Shown here one piece after another: positions 19,158-29,167 of a stretch of 32,000 nucleotides of DNA. Under the pieces are notes generated by a model, which saw only the letters and a list, made by a program, of their open reading frames with translations, was not told where the DNA came from and made no database searches. The stretch is taken from contig NC_007969.1 of assembly GCF_000013905.1 (NCBI RefSeq), forward strand, positions 660,001 to 692,000. Direction: 5' to 3'. The DNA is from Psychrobacter cryohalolentis K5. Lineage in GTDB: Bacteria; Pseudomonadota; Gammaproteobacteria; Pseudomonadales; Moraxellaceae. Numbering within the stretch: the first letter of the stretch is position 1; every line of letters starts with the position of its first letter. Position numbers and translations under genes: made by a program.

Positions 19158-19241
19158 AAATTTAATTGCTTAACAACAACTATTTTTATAAATATCTGCT
19201 GATTTTTAACTTTTGGTTTCTAAATTTCAATGAGCGATTGA

Positions 19242-20645
19242 TTAAAGAATCAGTATACTTGCCAAGCCCAAAAACGACATAAAGCCAACAATGTCCGTTA
19301 CCGTGGTGAGGATAACAGAGGCAGATAATGCCGGATCAATATTCATGCGCTTTAGCATCAGTGGAATACTAATGCCCGAGACATTGGCAGCGGTCATATT
19401 AATCGCAATCGCTAGACCGATGACCGCGCTGATTTTAATGTTATGAAACCACAATTGCGCAATAAACGCCATAATTATCGCCCATATGATACCGTTTATC
19501 GCCCCAACCCACAGCTCTTTATTTAATAGCCATACGCGGTTAGAGCCACCAATTTGTCCCATTGCCATACCGCGAATGACGACGGTAAGCGTCTGCGAGC
19601 CTGCAATACCGCCCATACTGGCAACTACGGGCATAAGAATCGCCAGAGCCACCACTTTTGCTAATACGGCTTCAAACTGCCCAATTACAGCAGCGGCTAA
19701 TAGTGCCGTACATAAATTGATACCAAGCCAAATACTACGGCTTTTTGCACTGGTCAAAATAGGTGCGAACAGCTCTTCATCTTGACTGACACCAGCAAGG
19801 TTCTTCATGGTGCTATCGACATCATCTTGGATAATCTCCATGATGTCCTCACCGTTTAATTGACCGACTAGCTCGCCATGACTGTTAATCACTGGGGCAA
19901 AACGAATGTCTTCTGAGCGAAAAATCGCCGCCGCATCTTGAATGTCCAAGCGATCATTGATGGTAATAGCGCTATCAATCAAATCAGCAACTAAGGTGCT
20001 TTGGTCATGCTTAATCAAATCAGCGAGACTTAATAAGCCAAGCAGTTGCTGGCTTTGATCGACAACCAATAGCTCTTGGCTTTCATCATCAAGCAGCTCA
20101 ATATCTTCTCGCAGCCAGTTTTGAACATCAGCCAGTGTCATATCTTCTTGGACTTGAATAAGCTCAGGATCCATATAGCTGCCAACTTCCCAGTCGGCAT
20201 AGGTATCGAGTTTATTGACCTGAATTCGTATTTCTTCATCCAAAGTTGCCATCACTGAAGTACGCACGCTTTCGGTAACGGTGTCTAAAATCTCTGAGAT
20301 GTCTTGTGCATCAAGATCTTGGGTAAACAGCGATATCTCTTTTGACGAGATATTTTCCATCAATGGCTGGCGTGTATCAAACTCTAGCTCAGCTAATACT
20401 TCACCTTTGATATTTTCTGGGACTTGTGCCCAAATCAGTAGTCGGCTCTGAGTTGGGAACGACTCTAGTAAGTTGGCAATCTCATATTCTGACTGCTTCC
20501 CTAAAAAATCAGTAATCGCCTCATACGCCTTGTCCGCAACCAACTCTTGCAAATAGAGTAGTTTATACTCAGCGTTAGATTCAGCCGGATTATAATCTCC
20601 CTGTCGTGTCGATGGTCGTGCAGAATTCGGCGTAGGAGCGGGCAT
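19242..20645 (-). CDS. mgtE: Magnesium transporter MgtE
   Basis: 467-aa ORF with an acidic N-domain, a CBS pair, and a C-terminal 5-TM MgtE domain (GGIAGSQTLTVVIRG, ILTTVTDIVGF). Confidence 0.93.
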   Translation of the reverse strand: MPAPTPNSARPSTRQGDYNPAESNAEYKLLYLQELVADKAYEAITDFLGKQSEYEIANLLESFPTQSRLLIWAQVPENIKGEVLAELEFDTRQPLMENISSKEISLFTQDLDAQDISEILDTVTESVRTSVMATLDEEIRIQVNKLDTYADWEVGSYMDPELIQVQEDMTLADVQNWLREDIELLDDESQELLVVDQSQQLLGLLSLADLIKHDQSTLVADLIDSAITINDRLDIQDAAAIFRSEDIRFAPVINSHGELVGQLNGEDIMEIIQDDVDSTMKNLAGVSQDEELFAPILTSAKSRSIWLGINLCTALLAAAVIGQFEAVLAKVVALAILMPVVASMGGIAGSQTLTVVIRGMAMGQIGGSNRVWLLNKELWVGAINGIIWAIIMAFIAQLWFHNIKISAVIGLAIAINMTAANVSGISIPLMLKRMNIDPALSASVILTTVTDIVGFMSFLGLASILIL

Positions 20646-20734
20646 AAAAGTTCCAAGTTTTCAAAATATGTAAATGACTAAGAGCTAAGCTTAATGAATC
20701 AGTTGTATTTGTTAGCTTTTTTAATGGTTAAACA

Positions 20735-22768
20735 TTATCGATTGCCCAATAAAGCCCGAATATTAGCCAAGTATTCATCAGCAACTGCTGCGGGGTCTTT
20801 GGTGGCTTTTTGTTTTTTTGCTTTGGCAGGCCAATCGATATGATCTTCTGGCAACTCATCTAAAAATCGTGATTCAGACGTGACGCGCATTTGACCACCA
20901 GCACGGCGCTGAGTGGCTAGTGTCAAAGTTAGCTCGCGACGCGCGCGAGTAATGCCCACATACATCAAGCGCCGTTCCTCTTCGACCGTCTCGCTTAGGA
21001 TAGAGTTGCGATGTGGTAGCATCTCTTCCTCAAGCCCCATGATATAAACAAAATCAAACTCCAAGCCTTTTGCCGCATGTAAGGTCATTAGATTAACTTT
21101 ATTGGTGTTTTCTTCTTCCTGCTGCTGCTCCAGCATATCAAGCAATACCAGCTTGCGAATGATGGTATCAATGGTACGGTCTTCGTCTTCTTCGGCGCGA
21201 TTAATCAGCGATTGAATACTGGTATAAAGCATGTCGATATTATCGATACGGTTTTTTTCTTGTTGCGGCGTTTTTGAGTCGCTACGGACAAAGTCAATAT
21301 AGCCGGTTTCATCAATCATCTGGCGTACGATTGGCACAGGGTCAGGATGTTGATCAAGCTCGCGAGTATAGTGCTCAATAAAGTCGCCAAACTCCTTTAA
21401 AGTACTATAAGATTTCGACGGTAAAACGTGGGCAAGACCAGCATGCGTACAAGAAGCCAGTAGCGAGATACTATGTTCTTGTGAAAATAAGCCAAGCTTT
21501 TCAAGCGTGGCTGGTCCCATGCCACGCTTGGGCGTATTAATCACGCGCAAAAATGCACTGTCGTCTTCTGGGTTTAAAATCAGACGTAAGTAGCTCATAA
21601 CGTCTTTAATTTCACTACGGGCAAAGAACGACTGACCACCCGATAATTTATAAGGCACTTGCAGTTGACGCAACTGCGCCTCTAGCATCCGCGCTTGGAA
21701 GTTACTGCGATAAAGAACGGCATATTGTTCCCACTCATTACCAAAGCGCAATTTATGCGTGACGATTTCTTTGGCGACGCGCTCAGATTCATCGTCATCA
21801 TTACGACAGTTAATAATGCGAATTTTTTCGCCTTGACCTTTATCTGACCAGAGTTTCTTTTCAAATAAATGCTCATTGTTGGTAATAACCGCATTAGCAG
21901 AGGTCAAAATACGCGTGGTTGAGCGATAGTTTTGCTCAAGCATAACGATTTTTAATTTTGGGAAATCCTCTTTAAGTAATCCCATGTTTTCAGGTTTAGC
22001 ACCGCGCCATGCATAAATAGATTGGTCATCATCACCAACGACGGTAAAACGCCCTTGCGGTCCGACCAAATATTTGATCATCTCATACTGAGCGGTATTG
22101 GTGTCTTGATATTCATCGACCAGCAAATAGCGAATACGGTTTTGCCATTTATCACGTAGCTCTCGATTTTCACGCAGTATTTTGGTCGGTAAGACAATCA
22201 AATCATCAAAATCAACCGCGTTATAAGCCCGCAGGTTACGCTCATATAGTGCATAAAGCGTCGCAAAAATCATATCTTCTGGATCGTCTAAGGTTTCCAT
22301 CGCCTTATCCGGCTCAATCAAATCATTTTTCCAATCAGAAATCATCTTGATTGCTTTACCAACCAACTCACGACTCTCAGCGCCGCTTAAGTTATCACGC
22401 ATCATAAGCTCCATTAGCAAACGCTTGCTATCGTCGCTGTCCATAATGGAGAAATTGCCTTTCAATGGCGTATGAAGCAGCTCATATCGCAGAAACTGGA
22501 GCCCAAATTGGTGAAAGGTTGAAACCGTTAGACCACGGGTCTTTTCACTCGGTAGTAGCTTACTGACTCGAGCTTTCATTTCACGCGCCGCTTTATTAGT
22601 AAAGGTCACCGCCGTGATACGCTCAGCAGGCATGTTGCATTCTTCGATCAAATAAGCAATCTTGCGGGTAATCACTGACGTCTTACCGGAGCCGGCACCT
22701 GCTAACACCAGTAGCGGACCAGATACGTAGAGCATGGCTTCTTGTTGTTTGGGATTAAGTTGACTCAT
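20735..22768 (-). CDS. rep: ATP-dependent DNA helicase Rep
   Basis: 677-aa UvrD/Rep superfamily 1 helicase (AGAGSGKTSV, LLVDEYQDTN, VGDDDQSIYAWRGA, LEQNYRS, TLHAAKGLEF, VGITRAR). Its length and the lack of a UvrD C-terminal extension fit Rep. Confidence 0.9.
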   Translation of the reverse strand: MSQLNPKQQEAMLYVSGPLLVLAGAGSGKTSVITRKIAYLIEECNMPAERITAVTFTNKAAREMKARVSKLLPSEKTRGLTVSTFHQFGLQFLRYELLHTPLKGNFSIMDSDDSKRLLMELMMRDNLSGAESRELVGKAIKMISDWKNDLIEPDKAMETLDDPEDMIFATLYALYERNLRAYNAVDFDDLIVLPTKILRENRELRDKWQNRIRYLLVDEYQDTNTAQYEMIKYLVGPQGRFTVVGDDDQSIYAWRGAKPENMGLLKEDFPKLKIVMLEQNYRSTTRILTSANAVITNNEHLFEKKLWSDKGQGEKIRIINCRNDDDESERVAKEIVTHKLRFGNEWEQYAVLYRSNFQARMLEAQLRQLQVPYKLSGGQSFFARSEIKDVMSYLRLILNPEDDSAFLRVINTPKRGMGPATLEKLGLFSQEHSISLLASCTHAGLAHVLPSKSYSTLKEFGDFIEHYTRELDQHPDPVPIVRQMIDETGYIDFVRSDSKTPQQEKNRIDNIDMLYTSIQSLINRAEEDEDRTIDTIIRKLVLLDMLEQQQEEENTNKVNLMTLHAAKGLEFDFVYIMGLEEEMLPHRNSILSETVEEERRLMYVGITRARRELTLTLATQRRAGGQMRVTSESRFLDELPEDHIDWPAKAKKQKATKDPAAVADEYLANIRALLGNR

Positions 22769-23626
22769 AACGTGACCTGTAAGACAAAAGCAAAAAGAGG
22801 GTAGCAGTAAATCGTAAAATGCAACTAGCTGCCATCAAGCGAAAAATATATTCGTTAAAATAGAGGGCATATTGGCATTTTAAATAGAGTAACTCACAGA
22901 ATAATTTTAAAGTTTTAGGCAATCTGCGAGCAAAATTAGGTGAGTTATTATAAAGCAAAACCAAGGCTTTTGGGCAGGAGTTAGTAGCATGGAATATATA
23001 AGATTATGAGGTATATATAAGGTACGTCTTGGGAAATGACATAGAGAAACATTTTGTTTCAATGAAAACCGTCGAAAATTTGGCCAATACAAGGTCATTT
23101 CCCGTGAATAGAAATAAGGAGGTAGACTTAAGTATTATCCATTACGGAAGTGAAAGTGAAATAATTACAAGCTGTGACTAACTGCGCGTTTTATATAGAT
23201 TTTTCATCTTAGTTAGCAGTCAATTAATAATACATTCCTTAAACTTTTAGAAGGTTTTTAGGGAAGGATGATGAATAATCTATAGCATAGTTTGCGGATA
23301 AAAAAACCTATTTTTTTTGCCGATAAAGTGACCGCTCAATGCAGTTAAAAACTAGCTTTTGATTGCCGATATGCGTATAGTACGTAAATAATTTATGCCA
23401 GTTGTCACGTCATTGTTGACCACGTGTAATGAGCTATTAAATCAATTAAATAAACTATCGAATATGACATTGATTTAATACGTTGATCTTACGTTGTTAG
23501 AAGATGCGTTGGGCGACCAGCCTTTATCCGCATATAGAGCGGACACTCTACAGTTGGTCAGATCTGACATCGTCGTCAATAAGCTTGATAATTGGTTGTT
23601 ACCAGTACAGAACCTAACATGTGACT

Positions 23627-23660
23627 CAATGACAGTTACTTAAAACAGTGACAGTTACTT
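23627..23660 (+). promoter_or_regulatory. Tandem 15-nt direct repeat upstream of nuoA (candidate operator)
   Basis: caAtgacagttactt (23627-23641) and caGtgacagttactt (23646-23660) match at 14 of 15 positions with a 19-nt period. They lie 103-136 nt upstream of the nuoA ATG. The repeat is seen directly; the regulatory role is inferred. Confidence 0.35.
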
Positions 23661-23762
23661 TGTGTTTTCGTCTGCGTTATGCCTGTCGCTTGACGACCTT
23701 AATATGTAGGTCGATGCTTGCGCAGCGTGTAACACTCGATTGGGTGAGGAGCACGTATTATC

Positions 23763-24386
23763 ATGTCTGCTTTTAATTTGTCAGCCATTGCTTTTATTTT
23801 AGCCGCCATTGGGCTAGTTGTGTTTATGTTGGTTGTCCCGCGTCTACTTGGCGGTCGCTCACATGGCTCACAAAAAGAAGAGATATTTGAAGCGGGTGTT
23901 GTCGGATCTGGCAACGCCCGTATTCGTTTGTCTGCCAAATTCTATTTGGTGGCGATCTTCTTTGTTATTTTTGATCTAGAAGCCCTCTACTTATATGCTT
24001 ATGCAGTCTCAGTTCGTGAAGCTGGCTGGCTTGGTTTTGCTGCGGCCGCCATATTTATCACCATCTTGATCATTGGCTTGGTATACGAGTTGAGTCTGGG
24101 TGCGATGAACTGGGCACCGGCTGATAAGCTACGCAAAAAAGCGCGCCTATATGCTGCACCCGCAGGCTTTAGTTTAGCTGATATCACCAAGTTCGATGGT
24201 GTTGATGAACTTATGGTCGATCCTACGGGCAAGATACCTGCGCAGTCCTCCGGTCAGATTAACGTCTCAAACAATATTGAGACCAATCGTCGTCACTTAC
24301 AAAACATTGATCATATTAATACCACGGGTAATGTCACTTCTGTGGACTTTGCGACGTCTGCACAAACAGATAAAATGACGCGTTAA
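23763..24386 (+). CDS. nuoA: NADH-quinone oxidoreductase subunit A, with a long C-terminal tail
   Basis: The first ~120 aa carry the NuoA/ND3 core (RLSAKFYLVAIFFVIFDLEALYLY, three TM helices). It is the first gene of the nuo cluster. The remaining ~87 aa form a hydrophilic tail. Confidence 0.9.
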   Translation: MSAFNLSAIAFILAAIGLVVFMLVVPRLLGGRSHGSQKEEIFEAGVVGSGNARIRLSAKFYLVAIFFVIFDLEALYLYAYAVSVREAGWLGFAAAAIFITILIIGLVYELSLGAMNWAPADKLRKKARLYAAPAGFSLADITKFDGVDELMVDPTGKIPAQSSGQINVSNNIETNRRHLQNIDHINTTGNVTSVDFATSAQTDKMTR

Positions 24387-24498
24387 TGAATAACAGTGCG
24401 TGTTAATTAGTGAATAACAAAATTATTTAATAATGAAGTTAAGGCAGTAGTGAGGGCAAATCATTGCCGCACTTTGTTTAACATAAAGGTTGTATGTT

Positions 24499-25167
24499 AT
24501 GAAATACACATTAACAAAAGCCAACCCTGATGCAGATGTCTATCCTGCTCAGACAAGCCAAACTGTCAACGATCCAATGGAAGATGAAGTCAATAAAAAC
24601 GTCTTTATGGGTCGTCTAGAAGATCTTGTGCATTCAACAGCAAACTGGGGGCGCAAGCACTCATTATGGCCATTTAACTTTGGTACCTCATGCTGTTATG
24701 TCGAATATGCGACTACTTTAACGGCGGTTCACGATTTGTCACGCTTTGGTGCCGAAGTTATTCGCGCCTCGCCACGTCAGGCAGATGTGATGATTGTTGC
24801 TGGTACTTGCTTTGTTAAAATGGCACCTGTTATTCAACGTCTATACGAGCAAATGCTTGAGCCAAAATGGGTCATCTCGATGGGTGCTTGTGCCAACTCG
24901 GGCGGTATGTATGACATCTATTCGGTCGTGCAAGGCGTGGATAAAATTATCCCTGTCGATGTCTATGTGCCCGGTTGTCCGCCACGTCCAGAAGCATTGA
25001 TTCAAGGCTTGATGTTGTTACAAGAATCTATTACTAAAGAACGTCGTCCGCTGGGTATCCATGTCAATGATCAGGGTGTCTATCAGCCGCAGATGACGCC
25101 TGAGCGTGACCGTAAGCAAGCAGATCGTATCGCTGTGAAAAACTTACGTAGCCCAGATAGCATTTAG
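24499..25167 (+). CDS. nuoB: NADH-quinone oxidoreductase subunit B
   Basis: Has the NuoB/PSST N2-cluster motifs ([28 protein letters not shown]). I prefer the ATG at 24499 (MKYTLTK), with AAAGG 8 nt upstream, over the TTG at 24490 in the ORF track. Confidence 0.93.
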   Translation: MKYTLTKANPDADVYPAQTSQTVNDPMEDEVNKNVFMGRLEDLVHSTANWGRKHSLWPFNFGTSCCYVEYATTLTAVHDLSRFGAEVIRASPRQADVMIVAGTCFVKMAPVIQRLYEQMLEPKWVISMGACANSGGMYDIYSVVQGVDKIIPVDVYVPGCPPRPEALIQGLMLLQESITKERRPLGIHVNDQGVYQPQMTPERDRKQADRIAVKNLRSPDSI

Positions 25168-25297
25168 TTAAGCATTTTGGCGTAGTTATTAATAATTGTT
25201 AGAAGTGCGCGTACGCTCATCATAGTTTGGTTATGATTATCATCTTTTATTATGGTTGTCATGGTTCAGTTATGATTAATGAAGGAAGACATCATTC

Positions 25298-27073
25298 ATG
25301 GTCACGGTAGTCGAAAACACAGATCCTAAGATCAAGCCTGTCCCAGCGGTTATCAAAGAGCTGGAAGAAAAATATGCTGGTAAGTTCGTTGTGCAGCACA
25401 CGGTTGACGACATTCCAACGGTTTGGGTGGCACGCGCTGATTTATTAGACGTTCTCTTATTCTTACGAAAATTGCCAAAACCTTATGTCATGTTATTTGA
25501 CTTGTCAGCGATAGATGAGCGTTTACGTCAGCATCGCCAAGGTTTACCTGACAGTGATTTTACGGTGTTTTATCACTTGATGTCGCTTGAGCGTAATAGT
25601 GATGTGCGTATCAAAGTGGCGCTCAGTGAAGAAGATTTAAACGTCCCAAGTGCGACACAGATTTGGCCCAATGCCAACTGGTATGAGCGCGAAGTGTGGG
25701 ACATGTTTGGTATTGTCTTTACTGGTCATCCGCATTTAACGCGTATTTTATTGCCAAAATACTGGGAAGGTCATCCACTGCGCAAAGAATATCATGCGCG
25801 GGCAACTGAGTTTACTCCGTATTTCTTGAATACCGCCAAACAACAATATGAGCAAGAAAACCTGCGCTTTGTCCCAGAAGAGTGGGGTATGAAACGCTCG
25901 GGTCGCGATGAAGACTTTATGTTCTTGAACATCGGTCCTAACCATCCATCCGCTCATGGTGCTTTCCGTTTGGTACTACAGCTTGATGGTGAAGAAGTCG
26001 TCGATTGTATCCCTGATATTGGCTATCACCATCGCGGCGCCGAAAAAATGGCTGAGCGTCAAACATGGCACTCATTTATTCCTTATACCGACCGTATTGA
26101 TTATCTTGGCGGCGTAATGAATGAGCTACCGTACATCATGTCGGTTGAAAAGCTTGCCGGTATTACTATTCCGCCGCGTGCTGAAACCATCCGCGTGATG
26201 ATGAGTGAGTTTTTCCGTATTACCAATAACTTGCTGTTCGTCGGTACCTTTATCCAAGATGCCGGTGGTATGACGCCGGTATTCTATATGTTTACTGATC
26301 GCCAAAAAGCTTATGACGTTATCGAAGCTGTAACCGGTTATCGTATGCACCCGGCATGGTTCCGTATCGGCGGTACAGCGCACGATTTACCGCGTGGCTG
26401 GCAGCGTTTGGTACGTGAGTTCTTAGATTGGATGCCAAAACGCTTGGATGAGTATGTTAAAGCAGCATTGCAAAACAGTGTGCTTAAAGGTCGTACTCAA
26501 GGCGTTGCCCAATATAATACCAAGCAAGCATTGGCGTGGGGCGTTACTGGCGCAGGTTTGCGTGCAACAGGTTTGGATTTTGATTTGCGTAAAGCGCGTC
26601 CGTACATGGGATACGAGAATTACGATTTCGAAGTACCAGTCGGCTATAACGGCGATGCTTATGATCGCTGTATGGTGAAAGTCGAAGAGATGCGCCAGTC
26701 GCTACGTATTATCCGTCAATGTATGGATAATATGCCACAAGGTCCTTATAAGGCGGATCATCCATTGGCAGTACCGCCGCCAAAAGACCGTACGTTGAAC
26801 GATATTGAAACCTTGATTAATCACTTTATCTCTGTTTCTTGGGGTCCTGTGATGCCAGCGGGTGAGTGCACAACGATTGTAGAAGCGACTAAAGGTCTAA
26901 ACAGCTATTACATCACCTCGGATAAAGCGACGATGAGCTATCGTACCCGTATTCGTACGCCGACATTCGCGCATTTGCAGCAGATGCCATCAGTTATTAA
27001 TGGCTCATTGGTATCCGATGCCATTATGTATTTGGCATCGATTGATATTGTGATGGCGGATTGTGACCGTTAG
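25298..27073 (+). CDS. nuoC: NADH-quinone oxidoreductase fused subunit C/D
   Basis: 591-aa ORF. The N-terminal 30-kDa (NuoC) part has [14 protein letters not shown]. The C-terminal 49-kDa (NuoD) part has [19 protein letters not shown] and [11 protein letters not shown]. The fusion is E. coli-type. Confidence 0.95.
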   Translation: MVTVVENTDPKIKPVPAVIKELEEKYAGKFVVQHTVDDIPTVWVARADLLDVLLFLRKLPKPYVMLFDLSAIDERLRQHRQGLPDSDFTVFYHLMSLERNSDVRIKVALSEEDLNVPSATQIWPNANWYEREVWDMFGIVFTGHPHLTRILLPKYWEGHPLRKEYHARATEFTPYFLNTAKQQYEQENLRFVPEEWGMKRSGRDEDFMFLNIGPNHPSAHGAFRLVLQLDGEEVVDCIPDIGYHHRGAEKMAERQTWHSFIPYTDRIDYLGGVMNELPYIMSVEKLAGITIPPRAETIRVMMSEFFRITNNLLFVGTFIQDAGGMTPVFYMFTDRQKAYDVIEAVTGYRMHPAWFRIGGTAHDLPRGWQRLVREFLDWMPKRLDEYVKAALQNSVLKGRTQGVAQYNTKQALAWGVTGAGLRATGLDFDLRKARPYMGYENYDFEVPVGYNGDAYDRCMVKVEEMRQSLRIIRQCMDNMPQGPYKADHPLAVPPPKDRTLNDIETLINHFISVSWGPVMPAGECTTIVEATKGLNSYYITSDKATMSYRTRIRTPTFAHLQQMPSVINGSLVSDAIMYLASIDIVMADCDR

Positions 27074-27226
27074 AGCGTCTGTGGTTATACGTTTATCATT
27101 ATCGTTTATATATTAAAAGCACGACGCGTTCATTAACATATTATCGCCAAACTGGCACACCAAAACGCTGTCATTGCGCCGTGAGCGCAACCTTAACAGT
27201 GGGCTGAGTGAGGAAAGAAAAAGATT

Positions 27227-27736
27227 ATGAAAATTGTTTCCGATAAAATGCCAAAAGTAGATGTGGCAAGTATCTTAACTGCAGAAGAAATTGCGGCTAT
27301 TCATGAGTTTATGCATCATTATCCGCATCCACGAGCAGCGTCTTTAGATTCGCTAAAAATCGTGCAAAAGCGTAACGGCTGGGTTGATGATGCGCAAGTG
27401 AATGCGATTGCTAATATTTTAAATGTACCTATGACCGATATGGATGGGGTGGCAACCTTCTTTAACCGTATCTATCGTCAGCCAGTTGGTCGTCATGTCA
27501 TCCTTGTTTGTGATTCGGTGGCTTGTTATTTAACAGGCTATGAAGCACTGGCAGCTGAATTAAAGTCGCAGCTGGGCATCAACTATGGTCAAACCACTGC
27601 TGATGGTCGTTTTACGCTATTGCCGATTTGCTGTTTAGGTAACTGTGACAAAGGTCCTGCGGTATTGATTGATGAAGATACCTATGGTCCTGTCCAGCCT
27701 GAAGAAGTCGCCCAATTGTTGGAGCTATACGCATGA
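27227..27736 (+). CDS. nuoE: NADH-quinone oxidoreductase subunit E
   Basis: 169-aa thioredoxin-like 2Fe-2S subunit with the Cys pattern VCDSVAC...[10 protein letters not shown]. Confidence 0.93.
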   Translation: MKIVSDKMPKVDVASILTAEEIAAIHEFMHHYPHPRAASLDSLKIVQKRNGWVDDAQVNAIANILNVPMTDMDGVATFFNRIYRQPVGRHVILVCDSVACYLTGYEALAAELKSQLGINYGQTTADGRFTLLPICCLGNCDKGPAVLIDEDTYGPVQPEEVAQLLELYA

Positions 27737-29157
27737 GATTAACTGTTTCAGAGCAGATTGCTCTTCGTAATCAAGGCAAAGCGCCAAGCCAACTTAATGA
27801 ACAGCGCATTCCTATCTATGGCGATAGAGCGACTGCTACCAGTGAAACCAAACCACTGACCTGGCGCTTAGCGCATCATGATGCCGTGCTTGATTTGGCT
27901 ACTTATGAATCATTACGTGGTTTTGAAGCGTTAAAGATAGCGTTAAACCAATCGCCAGATGATACGTTAAATACTATTAAAGAAGCGGTGGTAAAAGGTC
28001 GCGGCGGTGCAGGTTTTCCAGCAGGTATTAAATGGTCGCTAATGGCACCGCCAGATGGCGGTCCACGCTATCTAGTCTGTAATGCTGATGAGATGGAGCC
28101 GGGTACGTTTAAAGACCGTTTGCTCATGGAGCGTTTGCCGCTTCAGCTTATTGAAGGCATGCTTATTTCTGCCTATGCGATTGGTGCAACAGCCGGTTAT
28201 ATCTTTATCCGTGGTGAATATATCTTAGCTGCGGAGCGTTTAACGGCAGCGATCGAAGAATTAAAAGCCAATAATCTAGTCGGCGATAATATTTTAGGCT
28301 CAGATTTTAGTTTTGATTTACATGTGCATACGGGTGCTGGTCGTTATATTTGCGGTGAAGAAACGGCATTGATTAACTGCTTAGAAGGTCGCCGTGCCAA
28401 TCCGCGTACCAAACCACCATTTCCACAAGTAGCTGGTGCATGGGGTCGACCAACCGTGGTTAATAACGTTGAAACTTTACATAACGTTTCAGCGATTATC
28501 CTACATGGTAGCAAGTGGTATCAAGACCTGCCAAAAGCCAAAGGTGTAGTCGAAACCCCCGGTACGAAGCTATTTGGCTGTTCTGGTTTGGTCAATGATC
28601 CCGGTCTTTGGGAATTACCTTTTGGTTATACGGCGCGCGAAATCATCGAAGATTTCGCCGGTGGTATGCAGGAAGGTCGCACACTTAAGGCTTGGTTACC
28701 AGGCGGCGCATCAACGGATTTTTTAACCGCTGAACACTTAGATACTGTCGTTGATTTTGACACTATCCAAAAAGCGGGTAGCCGTATGGGTACGGGTCTG
28801 CTTATGGTCGTTGACGAAGAACAAGATATGGTGCCATTGGTACGTAATCTTGAGATTTTCTTTCAGCGCGAATCGTGTGGTTGGTGTACGCCATGCCGTG
28901 ATGGTTTGCCGTGGGGCGTCAAAATCCTTACCGCTATCAATGATGGCGAAGGGCAGATTGGCGATGTTGAAAAGCTAGAAGGTTTAACCCGTGACTTATG
29001 GATCGGTAAAACCTTTTGCGCGCATGCCCCCGGTGCGATGGAACCACTGATGAGTGCAATTAAATATTTCCGTCCTGAGTTTGATCAAAAGATTGCACAG
29101 GCGGTTGGTGAAGATGTCATTGAGGCTGCAGCCAATCAACAGCTAGATGTGAAATAA
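27733..29157 (+). CDS. nuoF: NADH-quinone oxidoreductase subunit F
   Basis: Has the FMN/NADH motifs [10 protein letters not shown] and [13 protein letters not shown], and the 4Fe-4S motif [12 protein letters not shown]. Its ATG overlaps the nuoE stop (ATGA), indicating translational coupling. There are about 30 extra N-terminal residues before the conserved PLTWRL. Confidence 0.93.
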   Translation: MRLTVSEQIALRNQGKAPSQLNEQRIPIYGDRATATSETKPLTWRLAHHDAVLDLATYESLRGFEALKIALNQSPDDTLNTIKEAVVKGRGGAGFPAGIKWSLMAPPDGGPRYLVCNADEMEPGTFKDRLLMERLPLQLIEGMLISAYAIGATAGYIFIRGEYILAAERLTAAIEELKANNLVGDNILGSDFSFDLHVHTGAGRYICGEETALINCLEGRRANPRTKPPFPQVAGAWGRPTVVNNVETLHNVSAIILHGSKWYQDLPKAKGVVETPGTKLFGCSGLVNDPGLWELPFGYTAREIIEDFAGGMQEGRTLKAWLPGGASTDFLTAEHLDTVVDFDTIQKAGSRMGTGLLMVVDEEQDMVPLVRNLEIFFQRESCGWCTPCRDGLPWGVKILTAINDGEGQIGDVEKLEGLTRDLWIGKTFCAHAPGAMEPLMSAIKYFRPEFDQKIAQAVGEDVIEAAANQQLDVK

Positions 29158-29167
29158 GGAGAGCGGC

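Noticed and set aside
22755-23098. Two short minus-strand ORFs (69 and 63 aa) in the rep-nuoA gap
   Set aside because: One overlaps the rep start. Both are AT-rich with implausible composition, have no SD, and contain no recognisable motif.
23699-23938. 79-aa minus-strand ORF
   Set aside because: It is antisense to the 5' end of nuoA, has Pro/Arg/Ala-rich mirror-frame composition, and lacks expression signals.
24490-24498. TTG start for nuoB three codons upstream of the ATG
   Set aside because: The ATG at 24499 is better placed relative to the AAAGG Shine-Dalgarno-like sequence, and ATG is the more likely initiator.
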